Below, in pieces: positions 1-12,295 of a stretch of 64,000 bases of DNA. The position numbers were made by a program, and so were the translations under genes. The DNA lies in NCBI GenBank assembly GCA_047495785.1, contig JBLDXI010000045.1, positions 62,001-126,000 of the forward strand, given 5' to 3'. Source of the stretch: Lepidodermella squamata (lineage: Eukaryota > Animalia > Gastrotricha). Within the stretch, counting starts at the first letter, position 1, and every line of letters begins with the position of its first letter. The notes under the pieces are model-generated. The model had not been told where the DNA came from. It saw nothing but the letters and a program-made list of their open reading frames with translations, and ran no database searches.

Positions 1-175
1 ATTGGTGTATACAGGTCTGAATTTCAATTAGCTAGAGCTCTCTAGCTTGAGTTTCTGACCTGCTGGCTCAGCTTAACACGGGGATGACGAGTGTCGATGA
101 TATAAAGAGAGCCGAATGACAGCCATAATAACACCTGCAGAATAGAACACACATTTTGCTGATACTCGGCATATC

Positions 176-727
176 ATGAAGGTCCTGCTCTCTGTTTTAT
201 CGTGCCTCGTTCTTTTCAACGCTGCCTTCGCAGCTGTTCGATTCCGCTCGTGTGGTAAGAGGTAACACGGGAATTTTTCGAACAAACTAATGCAAGCAAC
301 TCTTGCAGGCAAATCTGTGGTGAAGAAAATTGTTTTCGAAGGCTCGGACAATATTGGAACTCCCACGATTTTCCGAGGAAAGACGTACACGGCCCGCGTT
401 GAGTACATCGCCGCTGCTGATCACAGCACGTTGAAGACGGTCTGGTTCGGCGTTATCGGCGGCCGCGACCTCGCTTGGGAGGATCTGAAGTTCGCCGAGG
501 GCTGCAAGAGCGTATCGCCCACGTGCCCGATTAAGGCTGGCAAAACTTACGTCTACACGGAGCAAGTCACTGTTCCCCTGAACACCCCACCGGTAAGAAT
601 TACCCGATTAATTATATTTTTAACCGATTTATTTCCCAATCAGATGCGTACTGTTGTAAGGCTGAAGCAGTTTGGCGACAATAATGCTGAGAATTTGTGT
701 GCCCTCCTATCTTTGAATGTCAAGTAA
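176..727 (+). CDS. NPC2/ML-domain (MD-2-related lipid-recognition) secreted protein, copy 1; exons 176-254, 309-592, 644-727
   Basis: Signal peptide MKVLLSVLSCLVLFNAAFA followed by FRSC/G, GC..SPTCPIKAGKTYVYTEQVTVP..TPP and a C-terminal LCALLSLNVK, the typical ML-domain pattern. GT-AG introns join in frame. Confidence 0.88.
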
Positions 728-1975
728 AATGTCGAACAAGCCAGCAATTATCATTTCAAAGTTAAAATAATATATGAAACAACTTATTTTCTTCGAGAGA
801 TATCATCCGCGTCATTTCGAAATATGCCTTTCATGTCTTTTGCATAGTTCACGTATTATTGAAGTTGTGCTGTTGTGGATTCGAGTTTAAATTAAATCAG
901 TTCAGGAAAAATTGTTGATAAAAAGAAAAATTGAGAATGCCGAGAAATTTAATCAATTCTAGTCGTCATTTACCCCAGCACGTGACAGCCGATCTGGCAA
1001 GTTTGTCAAGCAAACGTCAAGTGAAGGCCGAAATTTTCATTTCCCTTTAACAAATCTGAATATTTTACTGTGAGCTGAACCTAATTTGCTGTAGCGGAAC
1101 CAATTCGAAATGCAAAGAGTAACTTTTCGAATAATTCTAGGAAAGTGAGGCAAAGCATGAATCGAACACTTACGCAATATTTTACTCTGAATTTAATGAC
1201 TATTTTTATCGAATTATATTGGTCGACTATGGCACCCTTGAAAGTTCCGAAAAGTGTTTTTAGGGCCGCTACAACAAATTAGGCTCCGGTAAAAGGAGGA
1301 CCCTTAAAAAATGACTTCAAACATCAGCATCTTTGTCAGCCCAAGTGAAGCCATGGTCTTTTGCTGGAACTGAATTCGATATCTTCGAGAATCTGATAAA
1401 TTGCCGAATTAGTAGCCTTTATTAGATGCAGATTAATATGAAATTCCCAAATAACGGATTCAAACGGCTGCCTGCCGCTAGATTCGAACTCAGTTAAACA
1501 TTTGAATGAATTTTCACTTCAAATAAAATTCCCATGCGTGCTCATCGTGGAATGTACGGGATTGCTTGAAATGGTGTCTGAGGTTTCTAGGTTGCCAAAA
1601 AAACGAGTTTTTTGCTGCCATGATTAATGCCGATGATTTGCAAGGAAGGCTTGAATTTTCTGGAATTTTGGCAATCGAACAACAAAAATTCCCTGTATTA
1701 CGCCTGAACTGGAAAATAGGTGACGCGCACTTGCTCATTGTGCAAGTACTCGATGCTATTTGCGATAGTTAAAAGCTGATGATCACGCCACCAATAAATT
1801 AAGCGCGTGTGCTTCTCTTATGATCCAGTGCACCGCATACCCCGCGAGCCAAAAAAAAATGGCGTGATATCCGTCGAGCCACGCCGTATATTAAAGGCCT
1901 CGAGGTCGACTATTGCTTTCAGATCCACTTCAACTCCTGCTATAAGTTTATCCGCATTTCCTGCTCTCTTCAACC

Positions 1976-2537
1976 ATGAAGTCTTTAGCTATTTTGATCG
2001 CTGTTGTAGCTTTTGCTCAACTCGCTTCTGCTAACATCAAATTCCGCTCATGCGGTAAGAAAATGTCGCTAATCCTCGAGCCAAAATGTTTGATCACTGT
2101 TTATCCATAGGTTCCGCCACTGTGAAAAAAGTAATCTTCGAAGGTTCGGATAACAAAGCGACCCCGACCGTTCAGCGTGGCAAGAGATACGTCGCTAAGA
2201 TCGATTACGTCGCCAATGGCGCATTCAATCGGTTGCAAAGCTCGTGGTGGGCCATTCTATCCGGATCTCATGTCAAGTGGGACGACGTTCAGTTGAAGGA
2301 CGGCTGTGAATCAACGAAACCATCCGGCTGCCCGGTCCAAAAGGGTAAAACCTACACTTACACTGAGGAACTGCTCGTCCCAACCTCTGCCCCTCCGGTA
2401 TGTGAAAATTCGGCATATAATTTGTTCAAGAAATCTATTGATTTTTTGTACAGATGCGAACTGTTGTCAAGATCAAGCAAACCAGCGAAACTGGAGTCGA
2501 TCATATGTGCGTTTTGCTGTCGCTGCAGATCAAGTGA
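1976..2537 (+). CDS. NPC2/ML-domain secreted protein, copy 2 (tandem paralogue); exons 1976-2054, 2111-2397, 2454-2537
   Basis: Signal peptide MKSLAILIAVVAFAQLASA, then IKFRSC/G, DGC..PSGCPVQKGKTYTYTEELLVP..APP, MCVLLSLQIK. Intron positions and phases are identical to copy 1. Confidence 0.88.
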
Positions 2538-3006
2538 TCGCGCCGAAATCGAAACCTCAAGCACCATTGAAAATGGCATTAAACATGTCCAGATGAACAA
2601 GCATTTTATTGAGGGCCACTTTTCTAAAATAAAAATCAAAAACTCCTGAGCTGTTAGTTCGGTTGGCGCAATTGTAATTTCTAAAATCAGATATTCATTG
2701 ATGTGCAGAAAATATTGAATGTCTTCTCCCGAATAATTGGTCCCAATTCTAAAATTTTCACAATTTTTCTTATTATCCAAAGAGTCAAGCACCTGGACGA
2801 TTAGATGAAGCTGTGACGGATAATATTTTAGAAAATATGCGTGCTTCCGAGAAATAAAGAAATACAACTAGCATCTGGTCATTCGCAGCATGAATCGCAC
2901 TAACTCGAGTTAGTTCTTAAAAAATATTTACTTCAATATTGTTACCAAATAATTCTGATTTTAGCGAGCAGCGAAGCGGATTACTAAAATCTCGTTTCCA
3001 TAAGGC

Positions 3007-4446
3007 ATGAATCTTGATGATGACGATGATGACCAGTGTGAAAATGCAGCTTTCTTCCAAACTGGGAAGGTACGATCATTTTCAGATTTCCATTTCGACG
3101 CTTATTTTTCAAAAAATTACAGCTTAAATCGTGCGGACCTCCGCCAACTCTATTTTACTACTTGAACATTATCAATTATTTCTGGGTGATTGTGCTGATA
3201 CTCGACTTTGCTTATCATCTATATTCGAATCGGAATGCTAACATGAGGCAGCACAGAATGGCAGCGGGTCGAAAGCCAGCAAATGCTAGAACAATTACTC
3301 TGAAATATTCTTATTCGTGAGTATTCCCGATTTAACTGAATTTTTGTAATCCCTCAAAATAACGGCAGGCAAGAGAAAATGATTGAAGCAATCGAAAATA
3401 TGCGTAAGAAACCCTATCACGAGCAGCATCCAGAAGAAGTTCAAATACTTCCTGAATCTGTGATAACAACACCAGCCTCGACTCCGAGGATAGCCAGGGA
3501 AGTTATACCTGGTGAAATGTTGACGCCGTTCGGCGAGGCTGAGTACCAAATTGCCATGCCGGAAACGTCAGTCAGCGCTAAAAATGGCGAAAAAACTGAG
3601 GCGAAGCCATCATGGGCTGACAAGCCGATAACTGAGGAAGATTGGTTCCCTGAATTTCGCAGGAAAAATTTCCTGCTATCAAAGTATGCACCTGTCAATC
3701 TTCGCCCAGCTAAATTGGATAAACTGCAAAAACGAGGCGCTGAGATCAAATCGAAATTGGCTGAGCATCAAGCTCGGCGCAACAAGAAGAACCGGGGGAA
3801 AAGCACATCTGGAGGCGATGAGGCGAAGAAAAATCGGTTTTCAACTAGTATTTTCACAACGCTGCAGTCGCTGTCTGCTAGACTCAGCAGCGCGCCATCT
3901 GACAGCAGGCTGTCATCGTCGACGATGGACGGAGATGACCCGTTTTTCGTTCGAAAGGGTCCAGTAGCTCCTACAGTTGTAGCGCCAACGCCTCAAAGGC
4001 CTGTGCCTCATCCCCCACCTATCCATCGACCCGCTCATCCGCCCAACAGGCCGAGCAGTCAGGAGCAGGGTGAGGCGAGACGAAAAATAGCGACCAATAT
4101 GATGATTCCAGCTGCGGCTTCAACGTCTAAACCCATGGAAAACCACCGTTATCATCCACCGCCACCTTTATCTCCACAGGTGGTCATCAACAAACCAGAG
4201 AGTCCGATTTTTAGGTTCAATCAGCTACCCGCTGTAGCTCCATCTAACCAGCAGCCGCCACCGTCTCCGTCGCCGGCTACACCGACTACGCCGGGCAGTC
4301 CGGCAGCTTCACGTGCTATTCTGGCGCTTCAGCAGAATCAGCGGCAGAATTTACGCAGATCGAAACTTGGAAGCGAAGCCATGCGGCCGGTTGTGAAGAA
4401 GTTCATGACACCGATTCCGCACTCCAAGAAGGACCCCAAAAAATAG
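3007..4446 (+). CDS. Uncharacterised single-pass membrane protein (about 444 aa) with Pro/Ser-rich tail; exons 3007-3069, 3123-3316, 3369-4446
   Basis: Two short GT-AG introns join an acidic N-terminus (MNLDDDDDDQC) and a hydrophobic segment (LFYYLNIINYFWVIVLILDFAYHLY) in frame to the 355-aa ORF 3379-4446. AATAAA near 4525. No family recognised. Confidence 0.65.
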
Positions 4447-4934
4447 CCTGTTATCACTCATTTTAGCTTCTCAAGCTATAGCTACTTGTGTTTGATCTCG
4501 ATTGACATTGTTCAATTCAACAATAATAAATTATTTTAAGTGAACCTTTTCAATAGAATGAGGTAATACTGAAATCATCCGGATATCCTCAAGACCGGCA
4601 ATAAAGGCACAAAGGTTAACGCCATGATCCTTCTCACATTTCCAGTAGTCTCTTAGGTATGTGATTTTCACGAATGTACAAGTTAACAGCCGAAAAGATG
4701 CTGCTAGACTTTGACCGTAGAATTCATTTGATGTGCCAAATTTGAACGATTTTTGGGGTATAGCAAAATGCGACGTCGAATTCGGCCACTTTTCGGGTCT
4801 TTCCTACTTTCACAGCCAGGTGAGTTTTTAGAAAATATTCGGCAAATTCAGAATTGTAGGGGAGTTCTTGGGCTATCGAATGCCGGTTTCCGTTTTGATT
4901 TTTATGGCTAATTTTGTAGCCACCTAGACTCCTG

Positions 4935-4976
4935 GCCGGAATTAGGGAACCGGGTGCCGGGTGCCCTAATTTCGGC
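4935..4976. repeat. Short GC-rich inverted repeat/hairpin (17-bp arms, 2 mismatches)
   Basis: GCCGGAATTAGGGAACC versus GGTGCCCTAATTTCGGC, whose reverse complement is GCCGAAATTAGGGCACC. Confidence 0.55.
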
Positions 4977-5786
4977 TACCTCACTCATCCCGTCACGCTA
5001 ATACCGTTAGATTCGTCTGGGCAAGCTTAGTGTGGAAATCGCTGTTGTTGCTTTACCTCTTTTCATCGCTTTTCATCGACGATGTGATGCCTGAAACTGG
5101 TGTTTATGGCAACAAAGCACTCGCAAAGCGACATGACCGCCCTCATTTAGAATTATTATTTGTTGCGATCACGTGCTTGAAAAATCATGAAACAGATTGG
5201 CTCAACAATGTAAATTTCCCTAGGTGAGTACAAAAAACTGCTGCATTTGGGATTCCTGCTCTAAATCGATTGGAATTTCGCTAAAATTTCAAATCCTCGT
5301 AAACCTTCGATTTCTCATCATTATTTAAAAAATAACCACTGATGGCGCTGATTCAGCCTCTTCAATAATCTTCCACAGAACAGTTCGTGACGGTCGATGA
5401 AGACCCTTACTTGTGACCGCTTTCACCAGCACATTCAAAAAGCCAGAGAAAATGTGTATAACTGTCTCCTTTATTTTTTCAGCCGGTTGTATATTGTAAC
5501 AAAAAATCACTACTGTTGACAAAAAATGACGGCGTTGTGATCACAACGAAAAAGAAATGCTGGAAAGGATATTATTTATGAAAACACTTAAAACATAGCG
5601 ATCACGTAGACGACGACTGGCTAAGAATTTGCTGAAGTAATAAGATTTTTTATTTCAACATTTTAAATGGTCAGTATTGCTGCTTCATGTGTCAAAAATT
5701 TGAGCCGCAATGATTGCTTCAAATGAAACCGGATGTGATATTCTAACAACAAAAAAACGCGTATGCAATTGTCTTCCCATGAGATT

Positions 5787-8700
5787 CTAAGCACGGCGGG
5801 ACTGCTTCGCCGGTACTTGGTCGTGATTGCCGTTACTGGCCGCTCGTTTTCCACCCTCGAATTTCGACAGCTTCGAAGCCGCCGATTTAAACGACGACCA
5901 CGCGCTGTCGAGTTGCAAGTCTTTCACGCGCTGCATGAAAAACTTGAAAACGCTGTAACCAAGCAACCAAACTTGATCGCCGTGTTCGTTATACGTGAAG
6001 CAATTCTCGAAAACTAGGTAACAATCGTCGAGAAGTGACGACGCGTCTTTGTACGGCGAATCGTTGACCTTCACCTTAATCGTGCCGAAATCCATCGGAT
6101 TTTTGATGATTTCAAAATAGTCCGGCACTTGCTTCTTACTGACCGGTTTTAGGAAAGGCCACGAATCTTCGTGTTTGATCAACTCGCCGAGAATTTGCTC
6201 GGCTTTTTTAATCGACTGGTCAGCTCGAGATGACGGCCAAGCGTGGTTGGAATTCGAAGCCGACGAATTCGAGGCGTACTCGTACGCGTCTCGTTTCGTT
6301 TGACTAACCGAAGCAGCCGGGGCTGATTGTCGTTTCGACGGCCTGGAAGTGCACGTGTGGCAGCTCCAACCGCCGCGAGGTTTCCGCGGCAGTGGGTTCG
6401 GAATGACGCAGTCGAGGTGGAAAACAGTTGAGCAGGTATCGCAGCGGACGTAGGCCATATCGTCCGCCGCATTTGCTGAGCACAACGCGCAGACCGGGGT
6501 CGAACTGCGCTCTGAACTGTTGTTATCCTCGTAATCCGCATCGGCGTGAGTTCGGGACGGGCGCTTCTTGACAATTGGGGCGGGTTTGCTGAGCCGCTTT
6601 TTAGGTGGCGCGTCCGAATCAGCGTCGCTATCTGATTGGCCGCCAGAACCGTCGCGTTCGTCCTCTGATCCACTTCTTTGTTCATTTTCCGACCCAGATT
6701 CGTCGTCCGAGCCGCGAGCGTCCGAATCACCTGATCGCTCGCTACCCTCGTCGCCACTGCCCTCGTCAGAATCAACCTCTGAGCCTGAACCAGACCTGAA
6801 AAACAACAAATTCATTGATTGTTACTTCATTTAAGAATTAATTTATTAAAAAATATTTGCGCGAATTTTATATCAAATCGATTCATTGATCAAAATTTCA
6901 AATTTATGGACAAAGAGTCACTCAATTATTTCAATCTAGCCGTAACTCGCTTCTTAATTTGGTATGAAAAAATTCATTCTTCGATAAATTGGAATTCCAT
7001 AATATGTAAAGACAGGCCTCGTAGAGAGGAATCGTTTTATACCAATTTCGGGTCAAATTGAGGAAAATTCCATTCTTGATAGCAGCGAAATATCTAGCAA
7101 GAATTTTAAACTTCCCAACTAACTTTTGGCCAAAAGATTCCGGCCACCAATTTTTTCAAGGTTTTTAGCCTGGGTACATCTCTTCGGTACTCTCTATCGG
7201 TTATATTGAAGACGATTGGTTAAATATTGCCTGAAGCCACTTGAAGCCTCAAAACCTAGCATGGCCGAATCTTTTTGGCCAGTTTGGCAAGTTTATATTA
7301 AGATTGGTTTGGAATTTTCTATTGGTACGAGATTTTTTTTTCAAAGTTCTCCGACGATGAGTAGAAAAACTGACAAACCTAGAGCCACTTCGCTCATCCC
7401 CATCGGATTCTTCTCCAGAGCCGTCTTCTGAGCCATCCTCGGAGCCTGATTCGTCCTCGGCATCACTGCCCGCTTCAGAACCTGATTCTTGCTTCTCCTG
7501 TTCCTCCTCAGATTCTTCCGCTTCTTCCTCTTCTTCTGGCTCTTCCTCCTCAATAATTTTGCCCTTCTTCGGCTTTGCCTGCGCTTTCGCAACAGGCACT
7601 TCCTCAACGGACTCTTCCTCATCTTCTTCGACCCTGCGGCGTGGCCGTTGTTGCTGAGACCGACCAGCTCGTCGATTAGCCGCCCTGGACTTGTTGAAAT
7701 TCTCCGGTTTACACTCCATACAAAACCAATCGCCATCCGGAATTTTCTTCAGAGGCGGCCGTAAACAATAGCAATGGTAGCCGGAATTACACCCGTCACA
7801 CAGCAACATACTAGCAGGATCGGCTCGCTTCTTGCAAATACGGCAGTGTGCTTTCAAAATCGACTTGGCCCAGATTACGGACGAGTCTAGGGTAGCTAGA
7901 TGCAGGAAAACCTGAGACAGACTCGTGCAGCGCATCAGCGATTCTTCCCACGACGCAATTGTTGGCTTAGCTGACGTGTGATCAGACGCCTTCGAATTTT
8001 CATCCTCGGCATCTTCAACATTCGATTTCTTAGTCGGGGCAGATTTCGCCGATTTCCCACCCTTTACCGGCTCAGCATTCGGCCAGAGAGGGCCTTTTAC
8101 GAAATTACGATTCAAACCCTGTTCGATTTGAAGCAGTGCGATAGCAAGGCCATGGACATTGACAGAAACCGTTTGCTGGTCTTGGTCCATTGGCTCAGGA
8201 ATTTGCTCAACATTATTCACGCCAAACTTGAGTTCCTTAACGCCAGGGTTGAAATTTCCGTTTTCAATCGAATCTCGCCACGCCTTACGATCAGGAATTT
8301 GAAGCGAGCCCAAAGAGCCACAGTGAATTTTCTCCTCCAACTCCAGCAATTGATCTCGAAGTTGCAGTTCGAAAGTCCCGTTTACGTTTTCTGTCGAATC
8401 CATTTCGTCCTGCGGTTGAGCAACCAGATCTTCTATCGGGCATTTTTCGAGATTCGAAAACAGATTGCCGAGTTGACGCGTCAAATTCTCTTTCAGAGTC
8501 ATTTCTCGGTAACCACGTGGGTTCAAAGCTTCGACCAACTTTTCTACGTCACTCTGCGTTGAGAAGAATCCCCATGACGACTGCAATTTTTCGGGAATCA
8601 GAAGGGCACTGTCTTCGTCGGTTTTAACTTGTTTCACAGGCACCAGCATATCGCTCGGGATATCATCATCCGCCTCTTCGATGAACAGCCCGGGGACAGT

Positions 8701-11307
8701 TGAGAAGGTCCAATAGCGACGATAAACGCGATCTTGACCCAGCGGGCGCAAGTTATAAATCCTTTGATTCAACAAAATTTCATTCGAAATTTCTTGAAGC
8801 TCCTGCTCGATCGAGGTCAAACGCTTCGAAACAACTTGAGCCCGCCACCGGTCGAAAATAGCGCACTCTTCCTCGGTCAAATGAGCCAAAACTTGAGGAT
8901 TGCAATCGAGCAGATGATTTTCGGAATCTTCCAGCAATTGTTCCGATGCGGATTTTCCAGCGTTGTTCGACTGGCCGCGGCGAGAACTGCGCCTCGTTTG
9001 TTCGACAAAAGGCTCCATTTCTTGTTGCTGAAAAGCGGTGACACATTTTTGCAGTTTTTGACCGACCGATTTGACGTCGCGTTTCAGCTTTTTCTCTTCG
9101 TCGGTCTCAGTCTTCGAGGCATCATCAGTTTCAGGCTTCAATTTCGCCTTTTCTTTCACAGCATTGAAGTCGCGAGCTTTTGCCCACTTGGCATGTTCAG
9201 CTTGAACTTCAGCGAGGTGTATTTTCGACTCCTTTATCTTCTCCATACTTTCCTCAATAAAATCTCGGAAATCATTGAAAATGAGAAGCTGGTCCATTAA
9301 AAGCCGTAAAATTTTCAATTTCGATTCGACATCGAGATCGTAGACGGGAATTTTAGCCAACTTCAGAACTAGGTGCGGGTTCAGGTGGCAAAAATCAACT
9401 GCAGGCTCGTCCGCGAAATTATGATGCCTAAGTGCAGCTGAAGTCCAAATATGCGCTCGTAAGACCTCTGAAAACGTTGTCGTATTGATCGGCAAATGGT
9501 CCATATCCATACCGTAACGACTTTGCAGTTGCTGGGCGAAAAATTTCGAGGCACGATGAATGTTTCGTATCGAAAAATCGCCATCTTCGGTCATCGAATC
9601 AGGATCAGGTCGCTCGCCTTCATTTAAATCAGTGAATGAATTGTCGTGATCACCGTCTTCCTCATTTTCAGCCTTGCGAAGCTCCATTACTGTTCTTAGC
9701 AGTGTTGTTGCTAGGTCGAAAAACAATCCATCCAAGGCCTGATCGGACGAATAAGGCCGCACCGCAATTTGGACGTTTTTCAACGTGAGTTGCGAATAGT
9801 CAAGCTCGAGAAATTCGTGGAAAATATGACAGAATTCTATCACGTAAACAATTTCCGGGAACAATTTGGCGTCGAGATATTGCAACTTGACCGGGGTTGC
9901 CGCTGGCAATGGTCGAAGATCATCGCATAGCATGTCGTCGCGCGGTTTGTTATATTCCCGCAAATACTCGAGTTGGCGTTTCTTTTCCTCAATTTGCCGT
10001 TGCTTTTCGCGGATGCGCTCTTCTTTTTGGCGCTCTTTTTCCATTTTCTTCTCCTCAATTTGCTTCAAATGTTCTTGCTCTTTCATAATCTTCTTTTGTT
10101 CGACTTCAAGCCGCTTTTGCGCTGCCATTTCTTCCTTTGTAAGCGGTCTCTGCGGTTTTGGCTCTTCCTTTTTAGGTTTCGGTTCATCTTTCGGTTTCGG
10201 GCCTGGCTTCTTCTTTTTCTTATCAGCTGGTTCAGCAGTATGAGGCTTCTTATCCTTTGACTTGGATTTCTTTTTCTTCGACGGAGAGCTTGGTGTTTTC
10301 GAATAGCTTTTACGCCGAGATTCAGCGGGCGGCCGAAATTTGGGAACTGGGAATGCAAAGAAGCTGCCGATCGCATCGGGATCTTCGAGGCCTAGGGCCA
10401 TGAGATGAGTCTATAACATAAATTCATATTATTAAAAGTCATTGTTCGTAAATTTATCTACGAGCTTACTTTAACTTTCCAACAACCGTCCGAACCAACA
10501 CGACATTGGGCTTTGATAAACAGTTTCAGCTTGTCTTTACTTAGCGCATTTTTCTTCCGCGTTAGCTGTGAAGCCGGCACGCCGTCCACGTCCCAAACGT
10601 TTCCGCCACTATTCGTCACGGTAATGTCGTATTTGTAAGCGGCAGGCGGAGGATTTTTGTTTTGCGCTGCGATTGTAGCTAGGCTGTAAAATAACTGGTG
10701 TTAAGTACTTCATCGCGAGAGTTAATCATCATACCACTCATCGTCTTCATCGTCATCATCATCATCGCCACCCGCAGCTGCATCTGTAGGTTTCGTTTTG
10801 GACGCCACAGGCTTATCTTGTTCACAGTGAACTTTCTTAACAACAGCAGCTAATTTCTCCCCATTGTCACCGGCGTAGTTCAGCTCTTCGTTGACAAAGA
10901 ACCGATCTTTAATATATAAAACCAACTCATCCACCAGATCTGAGCAATTTCGCCGTTTAATCAGAGTAATTAGGTATAAAACTGGAACTTTGAGGGATTG
11001 CGGGAACGAATCGACGTCTTGCCGAGCTTGATTTTCGTGTTCGGATGCTTCCTTGAATGTAAATCCATTTTTGCCACTAACAGAGCATGACCAAGCAGCC
11101 GTGTTATACAGCATACATCGGTCGAAAAACGTTCTATAATTATATTTTATATACATTAATTATTAATTCGTGGTTATCGGTTCAATTTTTTTACCTGTAG
11201 TCTCGGAAAACTTCCTTTGTGCTCGGAATGCAGAAAACACGTTCATCCGCCCGCAAATTCTCAGGTAGCTTGGCCTTCTTATATTGAACTTTATTCAAGA
11301 CCGGCAT
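5787..11307 (-). CDS. BAZ1A: Bromodomain adjacent to zinc finger 1A / Acf1 (ISWI chromatin-remodelling subunit); exons 11307-11195, 11133-10735, 10683-10470, 10410-7379, 6795-5787
   Basis: WAC domain (MPVLNK...RADERVFCIPSTKEVFRDY/RTFFDRCMLYNTAAWSCSVSGK), DDT region, WHIM motifs (PLGQDRVYRRYW, LNPRGYRE), two PHD fingers (CRICKK..MLLCDGCNSGYHCYCLRP; CALC..CDTCSTVFHLDC) and a C-terminal bromodomain (SWPFLKPV..VPDYFEIIKNPMD). Confidence 0.95.
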
Positions 11308-11390
11308 CTACAAACCATGCAATTAAAACAAACGAATGAATAATGAAATGCTAGAATGCTTTGATGTAAATGTGCAAGTAAGTATGTAAT

Positions 11391-11577
11391 ATCGTTAACG
11401 GCGCGCCAAAACAACCACTTAGATCTTAGATGACTCATTCGATCGTACTTTCAGTCGCCTAACGTATTGGTGAAGTACGTTAGGCTTATTGAGCACCAAT
11501 TTTTTCATCTATCGAATGTACTTTCCATATAAAATCTATAAATAGTAAAGTGGTTGTTTTGGCGCGTCGCTAACGAT
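11391..11577. mobile_element. Fold-back MITE-like element, about 30-bp terminal inverted repeats
   Basis: ATCGTTAACGGCGCGCCAAAACAACCACTT versus AAGTGGTTGTTTTGGCGCGTCGCTAACGAT (2 mismatches). Flanked by the direct repeat ATGTAAT (11384-11390 and 11578-11584). Inner perfect 10-bp stem GCCTAACGTA/TACGTTAGGC. Confidence 0.65.
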
Positions 11578-12295
11578 ATGTAATCATGTCGGACTCGTTG
11601 TTTGGCGAGTCGAGATTAGGAATTGGGAGGCACTTGACCTCTACTTGGGGAAGGTTTCTTCACATTTCGCCTTTATCATCTAATGCAGAAATATCAGGAG
11701 TAACGGATCTAACTAATCAGTTAGATGAGTCAAAGGCATCATTGACGGCAAGCATTTGGGCGCTTCTGACGTTACTAAAACCGGGCAACAAAAAAAAGCT
11801 TCCTGCAGAAAACTCAGACTACTTCGCTCCCGCCAAATTTCAAATTTCAGAAATTAATTTATTGCATTCTCAGATCACATGTTTTAAAAAAGTAAATAAC
11901 AGTTTTTTAAATTTACAAGGTCATCAAAATATAAGGCAAATTCCGCGGGGCGCGTCTGTCATTCCGATTTTCGTGTCAACGGAGATCGGTGAATGTGATC
12001 GAAACTTGACTGCAAATCAACTGACTGTTTACTTAAAACGCTCGTGTGCGGCAGAGTGCTTGACCGGCTCCACAGCTTCGACCACAGCCGAAAAAGCTGT
12101 CTTGAAATGAAAATGTTGAGCTATTTTCTAGTTTTCACTTTGATCTGATTTCGGACATCAGTTACGAGCTATGCCAATTTTGCAAAATGCCAATAAGTAC
12201 TTGTCCGTTCCTATGAAGATTTTTTTAATTAATAGTCATAGTGTTGATTTTTAATAATGGTGTAGCCTCGAGCTATCGGTGTGTTCAATCCTTTG

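Noticed and set aside
1726-2810. Shared peptide LIVQVLD in ORFs 1566-1772 (+) and 2358-2867 (-), with all third codon positions different
   Set aside because: No similarity outside 7 residues, no splice context, and one ORF is antisense to an ML gene. Compatible with chance.
6179-10376. Many long overlapping or antisense ORFs within BAZ1A (also within UGP2, plastin, MPP5 and BCL11 exons)
   Set aside because: Shadows of real coding exons with biased composition; no independent domain signatures.
11586-12110. 174-aa ORF upstream of PPP1R37
   Set aside because: No recognisable motif and crosses AT-rich intron-like sequence. Probably 5' UTR or promoter, though a small upstream exon cannot be excluded.
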